From positions 2,208,747 to 2,272,746 of the forward strand of contig SMSO01000037.1 of the NCBI GenBank assembly GCA_004764695.1: 64,000 nucleotides of DNA, in the 5' to 3' direction. This DNA comes from Schizochytrium sp. TIO01 (taxonomy: Eukaryota > Protista > Bigyra: Labyrinthulomycetes). The stretch's first letter is position 1, and each line of letters begins with the position of its first letter. Below the pieces are notes generated by a model, which worked only from the letters and a program-made list of their open reading frames with translations, made no database searches and had not been told where the DNA came from. Shown in pieces: positions 52,911 through 64,000 of this stretch. The translations under genes and the position numbers were made by a program.

Positions 52911-54685
52911 GTTTATACGATATCTCTGTTTATAAGTCAACTATGGTGATCTTACAGACAAAAGTCGCGTTTCCAAGTGCTTCCTCGATTTCCAACTTGT
53001 GTTCGAAGCAGAGAGATGAAAGTGAAAGTGAGGAATCCAGGAAGAGAACAGCAAAAGAACAGGAAGACGCGTAGAGAGAGAGAAAGAGAGAGAGAGATGA
53101 GGCGTCAAAGCGGAGCGAAGAAGCTGCAGGCTCTACGCCTGCTTTGGGGAAGGCGGAGGCCGCCGAGAGCAACGAACGTGTGGCCGCCAGGAGCCTTTGT
53201 TGTGCCCGAGAGAAGGCATCTTCACGTTCATTCATTCATTCATTCATTCTTCAGGAAACCAGCTAGAAACTTAGGTGAACGGAGGTGCTTATAATTCGTT
53301 AGTTAGTTAGTTTGTTTGTTTGTTTAGAGGAGAGGGTTCAGCTCAGAGAAGAACAGCTCGAAGAACAGCTCGAAGAAAGAGAACACGGCTGATGCGAAGG
53401 ATTCTTTCTCCTTCCGCTGCGATGGCGGTGAAACTTTGCGCTCTTCGAGAGGAACCAGCTTCGAATCGAGCCCCACGATTATTGAGCACTTTGAGAGCAT
53501 CGTCGCCAGTTTCGTGTGTGGCACTCCCAGCGAAGACCGGTTCCTCTTTTCCATTTGGTATCGAAGTGATTCCTTTCCTTTGGAGTTAGTTCTTATGAAC
53601 ATACTACATACATGAAGGGTTCCCGAGGCTAACTTTGTGAGTTTATTCGCATCTTGAAATTGCAATTGAATTACGACCATCGAGCTTCGGCACTTCGCTC
53701 CGCGGCTCTCGCACTCGCGGCGGCATCGTTGTCACCAGGACTCGCGCTGACGGCAGTGGCGATGGACGATGCATCAGCATCATCGAGGCAGCATCGATGG
53801 AGGCCTCGAAGGTCATCCTCTGCGCTCTTGAGCAGTCGAGCTCCTCTCATCTTTCGATTTTTATTTTAGTATATCTATATATCCATATATCTGCATATAA
53901 TAATCGCCAAAGCGTCTTTCTTTTTTTTTTTCTTTCTTGGCTTTCCTGGTACTAAGCAGGTAGGTCATGAGATTATTTTAATAATGGATCAAACTTCTGA
54001 TTGAGATTGATTGAGCAAAGTTTAGTCACCTTTTGGTCTTCTAAGCGTACCTTCCTTCCCTCACATTGGTTCTTCCGAGATGTGTTACCAAAAGTCGTTG
54101 TTCTTTTCTTTCTTTTCTTTCTTTTCTTTCTTTTGTTTTCTTTTCTTTCTTTTCTTTTCTTTCTCTTTTGCGAAGAGTTGGAAGTTTGAAGGCGAGGACC
54201 CTAGCGCCGGCCCCAGCGGAAACCCTATGCCTTTTCCAGGCGATCAGAACCATTTCCTCTCAATATTCCCTCGGAGTTCAGAAAGACCGTCTGAACTGAT
54301 GATGGATCGATCGATAGGCCGCCGCCACTACCGCAAACGCTAAGGGTTGCTAGTGTCTTGGTATTGGCAACCATTAGGCGGCGCTAAGTAGGTGGTAGCA
54401 GGGGGATCATTTGAAAATCGCTAGCTAGAGTCAGTAGGCAAACGACTAGTCGGTTACTAGTATACACATGATCATTGAGCGGCATAGGTAACTTTTACTG
54501 ACTGCTACAGGGAAAGCGAACTCCGATGAGGCGGAGTAGAGCTGATAAAGGTATCTATGCATTTGTCTGATTGTTTGTTGGTTGGTTGGTTGATTGATTG
54601 ATTGAATCCACTCAAGCCTTCATTTATTCGCTTGTCCACTGGCCCTTCGGTTGAGCAGAAGGTCAACTAATCCATCAATCAGTCC

Positions 54686-54716
<31 letters not shown>

Positions 54717-55887
54717 CATCAATCAATCATCAATTCACAAATTGCAATCCGCAAAATGGTATAATATCCACAGACAGAGGGAAAACAAACATATTCGTTT
54801 TATGTTCAAAAGAATAAGGGTCAATTATTGAGAAAGCTGGCTTTGAAGGATCAATCTTGAGACCAAACCAGAGTAGATGGGAGTGGGAAGGCGTGGAAAG
54901 CCTCGCAGAGAGCAGGCGAATCCAACGTTAGCGAGGCGGCGTGGAATCGACCGCATTCCGGTGACTCACTCATGTACTCGAGGTCCTTTTGATTTGCGAG
55001 GAAGTACATGTGAACACGATCGAGGCAGTGAATGAGCGCATCGGAGGAGTCTGCCGCTGATGCTAAGACCCCCTAGCCAGTGCTACCTCGGAGGCGCGCA
55101 CTTGCTTTTTCCGGTACTGTTATGGATTCCAGTTTCCCTCTTCCTTCTCTCCCCACAATGATGATGCTATTTTACTTTATTTTATTCTGCTTTGCTTTAC
55201 TTTATTTTGTTGCGTCTCGTTACCATTTATTTTCATCGTTTAGTGGCGTTTGAAAGCTATCATGTTGATAATCCATGTTTTCGTCGCTTCGAAGTTCGAA
55301 AACAATCAATTATTCTTCAAAGAATATGAGGGTAAGTAAACCTTGTTTTTAATCAGAACAATTCTCCTGAAAACACTGCTCAAAACTCTCTATTTACATG
55401 TGTCACTTTATTTTTAACTATGTTTAAAAACGAGTAAAAACTACAGTATTTAACTTCAAAAGAAAGTAAGAAGAGCGCGAAAAGAACAGAACACCTGCCC
55501 CATGACGATAGCACCTACTTACATATACATAGTGGAGATAAACAAATAAATTTATATATATTGAATCAATTAAATAAACATTTAATTAATTAATTAATTA
55601 ATTAAACAAATAAAAACGCTAAGCAGCAACTAAAGGGATCCTACGCCTCCGAGGAAGCAGACAAAAGGCTCGGAAGCGAGGCATAAGCGCAACGAAGAGC
55701 CTTCATCCATCCATCCATCCATCCACGCACGGCTGCGTGGCAGCGCCGAGGCATGCGCAGGGCTGCCTGACTGACTGGCGCCGCCTTCCCCTCCGTGGGC
55801 CGCCCCTCCGAGCAGAGCGGAGCAGAGCAGAGCAGAGCGGAGCCTGCACGGCAGTCGGAGTGCTCGGCCTCGGAGGAGGCGCTTGGA

Positions 55888-56058
<171 letters not shown>

Positions 56059-57049
56059 GCCTATGTACCCATGAAAGAAGAGAAGAAAGAAAGAAAGAAT
56101 GAATGAATGAAAGAATGATGAAAAGAAAGAAAGAATGAATGCGTTGAGAGGAGAAGAAAAACAACCAAAAACTTTTCTTTTGGCCTGGAAACGGTCCCCG
56201 CGTTCCCCGGAATGCGCGACTGTCTCAATCTCTCGATCAATTGCCTTCAAGTTCAAGAAAGAAAGGGCAATTGCGGAAGGAAACTCCCCAAAGAGCCCAA
56301 TGGAAAGAGGGAGGAAAGAACGGGAGAACAGAGAACAGCAGGTGGCGGCGCTGGAGCTATTTACATCTTGAGGAAGCATGCAGCAGGAGAAATCGTCGGC
56401 TCGAGCGAGCGTGCGATGGCTGGGCTTGCGTGCAAAGCAGAAGGACACTAGAGAACTGCTTGTTTATCTGTCGCAGTCAGGGACGAAAGATCGATCTCCC
56501 CAAAGGTCCTTGTTTTACCGCCGGTGAGGTAGGTGCTGACTGGTACGATTCCTGCACTTCTTCTGTCTGTGAATTGGGACCGTGCCAAGCGCGCGAGATC
56601 TCACCAAGCTCCCAGGGTCAGAAACGCCGCCACCAAGGCGCTGCATCCATTTAATTCGACCGTCTGTCTTTTTGTCCCTGAGTGAAGAAAGCATGTGAGC
56701 GCCGCCGCCATCCTCTACGAAGTTGTCGAACTCAGGCTGTCTTTGGATGTGGCAGATTACAAAGAAGCGAGCCTGATAAGAGTAAGAGCTGTAAGTCTCT
56801 TCACTCGGCTCGTGTTGGAGAGCAGGAGCAGGACTTTTACATTAAATGAAGATCTCGCAGTGCAAATGCGTGCGCAAATGCGTGCGACAAAGCGGACTTC
56901 AGCGCACGTGGATTGAACTTGCTCCAGGGGTGACTTGGAAAAAACTTACACTGTACGAGGGAGACAGAAAAGCACAATGAGACCTTTATCGCGCAGGAAA
57001 ACCTGCGCCAATTCTAGTGGGAGACAAGACTGGACCCAGCCAGACATGC

Positions 57050-57900
57050 CATCGTCAGCACTTATTCCTAAATGAACGCCCAAGATGCATACACCTAAGC
57101 TAGCAAGCACTGGACAAGTTTAGCTGAGCTGATCTTAACGCTGGCCGCCCGGGCAAGTTGCCGAGTGGGTAAGGCGCACAGATGTAGCAGTCGTATGCAT
57201 TCATAGGGCAGCTTAAAGCCCAAGGCCTACCGGTCTCTGAAGCTCTAAGGTCCCGGGTGATGGACTGTGCTGGAAACGCACTGCTGAAGAAAGATGGGGA
57301 TTTCCACGAGACAATGTCCCTTGGAATTATTTTCCTGGGAGCGTGCCTTGGGCTCGTGGGAGTCCAGGCGAGGCCTCTGGGGTGTCCCACTTTAAGCCGG
57401 CGCAAGTGGCTGTCTTTCACAAGGAAGCCTCAAAGTAGCAGTAGGCGTAGCTATTCTCCCGATTTCGTGCGGATATCTTAGAACTTGAGGTAAAGACAAC
57501 CATTGACATAAATTAAGGTCCCGGGTTCTTCCTGCGCCTCTCACGAAGCCTCTTAGCTTTGCCCTCTTTTTTATCTCATTTGTCGATGGGAAGCGTATGA
57601 TATTTCCCCCCCTCGCAGCGGGCAACCGAACGGAGCACGCTTTATATGAATAAGTCAAGAAGAATGTTGAACTCTTTCGAAGAAACGCCAGACCTGGCTC
57701 CTCTGCAGTGAGTGCGTTTACTTCCTGCGGCGCACGGCATGCTGCGCTTCGTCCCCAACTTGTTCTATTGCAGATGCTTCACGGTGACGCGCGTCCCTTG
57801 TTCTATCATATCTGCTGCATCTCTCAGCTGGTGTCGGTGAGAACGGCAACCCAAGTAAGACCTGATGAGGGTCTCGAACGATGTCCCCGGGACAAACCTG
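57050..57900 (-). pseudogene. Possible highly degraded non-LTR reverse transcriptase
   Basis: Weak minus-strand motifs in RT order across frameshifts: IEQVG (~57760), ILLDL..KACSV (~57640-57665), FQGTLS (~57315), AYDCYI (~57190), AQLNLS (~57120), ILGVHLG (~57075). Spacing is only roughly canonical. Confidence 0.3.
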
Positions 57901-58826
57901 CTTCGACAGTTGGGCCTCTCATTCTGCGCGTGCCCGGCCGGATGTCTGAAGCTACCCCAAGCGCGAGGGGTCTCTGACTATCTTGGCTGAAGGTTTTCTG
58001 GTGCGTACGCGGTCTAACTCGATGCGCATTCGCTGCAGCGTATTCTCGTTCAATCTTCTCAACCCTGGTTCTCAGAACTAAAGATACAGTTTCGAAACAT
58101 ATATGCTTATTAATTCATGGGAATATCGAAGTCAGCTTAAGGAGAACATCAAGACCAAGAGATGATGATATCCTTCAAGCTCACAACGATTATGAGAACC
58201 TCGCCAGCTGCTGCTGCTGCTGTTGCTGGAATTGCAGATTTCGAGGTCCAATGTTTTCACAGTCGCAGGTTGAGTACACGAAAAGGACGAGCATTGGTTG
58301 ACAATCCATCCGTACTGTGACAAATGACATGAAAGTTTGGATAAAGGGTTCTCTCGTTCTTTTCAACTTGTTTTTAAATTATTTCTTCAAAGAACGACTT
58401 TTGAAAAAAGAACAAAAACGTTTTTGTATAACGAAACGTGTTTTTGTTCAATTTGTTTTTTTAATAAATATTAAAATAAAAATTCAGTTTGTGCTTCCTT
58501 CTATTATAGCAAGGACCGACCTCACATCAATTTAAAAGAAACCAAAAAAGTTTACAGAATCATGGAACACTTTTTTTTTTTCAATATTTTTTCCCCCCTA
58601 AAAACTAAAACCCAAAACGTTTAAGTCTAAAAAAGTAATTCATTTTATCTCACAGAAAAAGTTTAGAAAAGTAAGGATTGATGGAAAGCAGTTTTCGCGC
58701 CTTCTTCGAAGACGAGAAAATGAGGTACTTCACATTTTAAATAAAGGCTGCCAAGTGAGACTTTGACTTGATACAATGCCTTTAGACTCTTGTATTCTTC
58801 CTCCTGGTTGACATTGAGGAAACGAC

Positions 58827-58881
58827 CATTCATTCATTCATTCATTCATTCATTCATTCATTCATTCATTCATTCATTCAT
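58827..58881 (+). repeat. (CATT)n microsatellite
   Basis: About 13 perfect copies. Confidence 0.93.
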
Positions 58882-61196
58882 TTATTTATTTAGTCAGTCA
58901 ATAAGGCAGTTCAGGAGGGACAATGGCACTGGTTATTTATGGGATTTGCACATATACTTTATCTTTTCTTCTGCACAGGGGAGCGAGAACATTGAAGACC
59001 GATCCAACACGTTTTCGAGATTTAATGTTTAGGATTTCATTGAATCAAGAAACACGAAAAGTCAAAGTTGATAATTAATTGATCTGAGGCAGGTATCCCA
59101 TCTCCAGGGCACATTGGGTGCAATGGATGCCGGTGCAGAGACACCTGTAGCGGGCGGATAAAACTGGAGCTCATTGAAGCTATAACGGCGGTGGATCGCA
59201 TTGATTCTGCTTCCAACACAGCTCCTGATGAGACCAATGACTTTTATTTGATTGATAATGATGAATGAATGAATGAATGAATGAATCTCAGGAAGGAAGG
59301 AATTCATTGCCTTTCTTTCATCGTGAATTGATCTGACCTATCCCATTGCTGCCAAGCGGTACCAAGTGATGCCCTGGCCAGTGAGGCCTGCAGAAGCCAC
59401 GCACTACCTGCCTGTACTCTCACGTGGATCAATGAGCGAGTCGCTGGCGGTGTATTTATTATCTCGATCCATTATGATGTCCAACTTGATCTCCTGAAGA
59501 GGCACCAAAATGCACGGTCTCGTCGCGAGAACTTGGAGCTACTAGGGACTGCTAGCCAGGTCCCTAGCGGTTCGATACACACCCCTACCTAATGCTTACT
59601 AGTAGTACTCTGCGAGATCGCGTGCAGGTCCCATATCTAGAGTAGTCGCTAAGGTAGGGCTAGGCTAGCAAGGACAGACAATCAATTGAAGAGAATGGAT
59701 CCATCCTTCATTACAAATTCAAGCAAGAATCATCATTCACGAATGTCCACACCAGAACCGCACAGTGGGCGAGCACTTCCAACGCACAGGTCGACTTGAA
59801 GAAGCAGGCGGGACAATAGGTAGCACGCAACTGATCGATCAAGTCAGCCGGACACCAGTCGAGCGATCTCGTCTTGACTTGATTCACTCAGGCTCTTGAA
59901 ACCTAGAGGAGGAACCTTGCTCTTTGCTTGAAGAAAGCACGAGGGCACCAAGAACCGAAGAGTGAGCGAGTGAGCGAGGCTTTCCTTGCCGTGAAGCAGC
60001 TCCGCTTGCCTCTCTCTGTAAGGGGGCGGCGACGAAGCAGACATGATATGATATTATTCCCGAACTTGATTGAGCTTGATTGTGCACCACAAGAAAATGA
60101 TTATCAGCGGCGCATGCAACAATCCACTCGAGTGAAGGTCACAGATTCCCGTGCCCCGCTCTTACTCCTCGCACTCTTACAAGCTTGAGGCTGTTCAACA
60201 ACTCATGGTAGCACGCTCTCACGCTGAGTAGGTACGAGTGCAGGACATAGTGCGGAATAGGAAGCCAATTACCAGGTAGGTAGGTAGGCAGACAAGAAAA
60301 GAGTGAGAGCACTCCTTCCAGGCAGTCAACACTAGGCACGGTTGCTTTTGGTGAGCACGCGACCTGAGAAACTTGCACTACTGAGCTAGAGGCACTGCAA
60401 GTGCTGGAAATACAACAGGTAGTAAGGCGCTTCATCGGGAGTAATCATGCATCATGTGACAGCTGTCATCAAATTCTCTAATTCTGTGGTTGAAGAATCT
60501 GCTCAATCATGAATCAAGATTATCTTTCACACTGTAGTACTCGAGGCTCAAGCTGGTATGGAAGGAAACTGCGGTGTGTTGCTTTATAGTTATAGGTGAA
60601 GCTTCCGTGAAATCAAGCAACATTTTTAAAAAGTGAAGTATTTGACCAAGAAATTATCTCGCCTTGGTGCAGCCACGTCGGTCACACCTTTAAGCACGGG
60701 ACAGTCGAAGCTGGAATGTCAAGACTTTTGACATTATCTCATTGGCATCGCACATGTCCAATTCATCAGCCAGTAATCATATTGAAGACGACGCAAGGAC
60801 ACGGACTAATTTCTGAGAATCTGTCTCGTTTCGCTCGAGGTCATCATATAGGCCCGTGACCATGATAACAGCTACAAAAGTGTGACCATCAGTATTATTT
60901 ATGCGTGCTGTAGCGCGGAGGTAGGAGGTCTCTTTACGTCCCTGCAAAAACCACCCAAGCTTACAGTCGACGGCATAAAGACAATTGCCTACTACGAATA
61001 CCTTGGCGTCGTTTTCTTTTTTAATAATACAAGGCTTCCTTAAGTAGTCGAGTAATATGATGCCAGGTCGGGGATCGTAGGCAAGGCCTCCTTTCTTGAA
61101 GGGCCGGCCCTGTGGTACGCTACCTTACGTCTATTTCTCACATGCTTCATACAACTTAACTAAGAGAAACGGAAAACTAATCTCGTTCTCATTTGT

Positions 61197-61340
61197 TGAT
61201 GCAATTAGACCGACCTACCTAACAACCTGCCTAACTAACCTACTAGTACCATAGAACAAGATTTCTTAGTTATACTTGTGTGTGATGCAATTACACCTAC
61301 CTACCTACTTAATACCACAGAACAAGATTTCTTATTTATG
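61197..61340 (+). repeat. Imperfect ~86-bp direct duplication
   Basis: tgatgcaatta...cctaccta...tacca[tc]agaacaagatttctta.ttat at ~61197 and ~61283. Confidence 0.75.
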
Positions 61341-63668
61341 CAATGGGGAATCACTGCTTCACTTTGTGTTAGGTGATGTATGGTATGAGACACAATATCT
61401 AGGGGATCAGTGATGATCTGTCTTGCCTAGATTCTCCATCTTTTGTCTCACATTCTCATTCGATAACTCGAAGTTAAGGTTCAAAAGTTTGACCGCGTAA
61501 ATAAGCAGCTTGATTTTCCATTCAACGAGGTGTTCAAAAGTTTATTTGAGGCTTTTGACATTTCTATCATTTATGCTGGGCAGATATGGACTGTGAAAAT
61601 TGATCCAAAGGATAATGAGGACCAGGATACGTTATTGATTCAATCTCACTTCGTCAATACAAGAAGATGCCTTCCCTACAAAATGTGGGTAGACTTTGGT
61701 AACTGGTTTTTGTTTACGTCATTGCTTGTTGTGCTGCAGCTGGTCAAACAAAATGGATAACTCAATGTACAATTTTTTAGTGTTAGGACTGGATTACATG
61801 GATTCTAGGATGAACTGGATTTTTTAAAATTAGAGAAGCAGATATATTAACCACCTGATATAAGTAGTCTCCAAGCCCCACATTTGAATGTCTATTTGTG
61901 TTGATGATGATGTTTTAAGAGGCTGGTTCTGATAGGAAAGATGCTAACGCCTGATCGTATTCGTATTCTACGATAAGACTCCCCACACTTCCAGAGATTA
62001 CCGTTACAGAATCTAGCGGTACACACTCTTTCTTTTCTATGGCCGTAGGATCTTTTACCTTCAATTTTTCATGTTAAATATTTACTTAGACGCCATCCCC
62101 TGTATAATCGCCAAAGTTACGACGCGGCTAGTCAATACATTAGAGGCTTTGCTTTTGGAGGTGTATAAAAGCTTCAGTCAACAAGAGACTTTCATCTCTT
62201 CTTATTTTTTTGATACAAATTCCTAAAGATGCCTCAATGGCATTTTTTTCTAAAATATATACAAGAAAATCGCAGTGAATTCCATGATTATCATGAGAGA
62301 AGCAAGTTTTATGCTTCATTTTAAAAGTCAGTTGAAGGCGCTATTGCCTGACTCCTTGTCTTCACTCAAAACTGGGTAAATGATAGGTAGTCAGAACAAG
62401 GATGGGTTACTTTTTATCGCAAATAATAACGAATTTATTTTGTTAGAAAGAATAATAGTATTTCTCGTTAAACTCTTACACACGGCAAGCATTCGTACAG
62501 GTAAAATACGCAGCGGCCTTTTTCTTTGCTGAATTTTTCAATCAAAGAAGTATAGTGAGCTGGAGACTACGAAGGATTGATAAAAACATACTATATCTGG
62601 AACAGGGCCCCGGTATATTTTGTCAGTCCCATTAAAGATTTAAATTTTGCTGTATTGAGTATGTAAAAGAGCGGAAAAGGTCTTGCGTCGAACATTCGTG
62701 CATGTCCCATTAATGATGGAACTCCTAAGGAGAGCTATTCTAGGTTTCTAAAATACTTGCAGATGTACACCAATCTTCAGCTCCATCAGATCTGAGAAAA
62801 TAAAGTTCTCTAAGCTGAGTCATAATTTAAATTTAAAAAAAAAAACATCTAGAAGTTCACTAGCTCACGATTCACAGCAGCTCAAACTTCGGGGGCATCC
62901 TGCCGCCACAAAATCACGATAACCTGAATTCATCAAAACAGAACCCATGCAAGCTTTATGACACACGGTAATCATATTATATAGCCATTTGAAGCTTTCA
63001 TGCCTTTGTGAAAGCAGGTTTTGTCAAGCTTTCCTGCACTCTTCACAATGGAAACTGTAGGATCTCACTTATTTATTTATTTAAGAAACTAATGTTTCAA
63101 TTATGGCGTTCGTATTCCCTTTTTTTAAATTATATTTACACACATGAAAGGATCCTATGTTTTTGGATGTTGTTCGCGTGTGCTATCATGAAGAGCAATT
63201 GTAGATACATTTAAATATGGATATCGACAAGTCTCTCGAACGCCTTCCTCAATACTTTAAAATCTGAAGAAAAGCATGTCCATTCTCAGAGATACCCTTA
63301 TGAACGGATCCCTCAAAAATGTGCAAGGAAGAATGATTCGATTTTTGTGAATATGCTTAGATCGCTCCTCTCTAAGATTTTGCAAAAATTCCAGCGTATT
63401 TATAAGTTAGTTCCTCTTGGCCGCCAAAACTATCTGTCAATATTTTGAGGTATTCCCCCTTTTCATTTTTTTAAACGATAACTATTCAACTGTTCATTCA
63501 TAATGTGTTGCAGTAAACTTTATTTCACAATCTGCCCGCCCGTTCATATACACTTTAATTTTTGTAGAACTAGTCCTTCACGTCTGTTCCTCTTCTGCTA
63601 TCCATACACTCTACTGTCGTAACAGCGCGGTAGGGACTAGGTGTCAGGTCCATTTGTAAAGTACAATA

Positions 63669-63930
63669 GGTCCACGTGGTTCGGTTTGTGAGTGTGAGAG
63701 TGACGTGGACCCTTCTTCTCCCCTATAACCTCATACTTGGTTGAAAAGTCCGACCATATCATCACATCTACTCACGGTGATGAGTTGTGAGTAACCCCAC
63801 AGTGGTGATGTACTGTGGGTGTCTACAGAGGTTCAGGAAAGATTATGTTTAACTTACAGTACATACTATAAGGAATCCAAAGTGATTAGGTATTCTACAG
63901 TGACAGGAATGAATCACAGTTAATGTCACT
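63669..63930. other. Cluster of inverted repeats (candidate structured RNA or transposon terminus)
   Basis: Stems 63669-77/63703-11, 63727-32/63828-33, 63738-43/63751-56, 63769-75/63787-93, 63796-803/63812-19 and 63899-905/63924-30. Confidence 0.5.
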
Positions 63931-64000
63931 ATAAATTTAAAGGAACAATAATTCAAAATACAATAGACAATATACGGGGAATGATATGTTATTAACATTA

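Noticed and set aside
57151-57215. tRNA-Leu/Ser-like 5' half (GGCAAGTTGCCGAGTGGGTAAGGCG)
   Set aside because: It has a D-arm-like motif only, with no anticodon stem, no GTTCRA T-loop and no acceptor-stem partner.

Overview
Eukaryotic, intron-poor genomic window. The mostly single-exon genes and the dense 4-5 bp microsatellites suggest a thraustochytrid/labyrinthulomycete such as Aurantiochytrium (inference). It has four compartments. (1) 1-6 kb: a decayed non-LTR retrotransposon endonuclease relic and a host SH3-RhoGEF(DH)-PH gene. (2) About 6.8-28.3 kb: an accessory island. Its core (14.3-26.7 kb) is packed like a large DNA virus genome. It carries an Erv1/Alr thiol oxidase head-to-head with a membrane-anchored thioredoxin-like gene, a phage/virus-type Dam methyltransferase with a duplicated half-domain and altered catalytic motif, a small NCLDV-type conserved protein, a TM2 protein, orphan tandem paralogs, a possible HEPN protein and a PD-(D/E)XK nuclease-kinase (Crinkler/CR-type) effector. 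Frameshifted or stop-interrupted ORFs indicate ongoing decay, so this is best read as a partly eroded endogenous giant-virus segment. No capsid, polymerase or terminal repeats are visible. (3) 29-41.4 kb: host genes for PH-LIM-CPI-CAAX, an SV2-like MFS transporter, MCMBP, ArfGAP-FYVE and RING-Tubby. (4) 41.4-64 kb: a roughly 22 kb gene desert rich in compound tetranucleotide microsatellites, with a weak reverse-transcriptase relic and a hairpin/pseudoknot-rich segment at the right edge. All family assignments are by eye from motifs; no database search was run.
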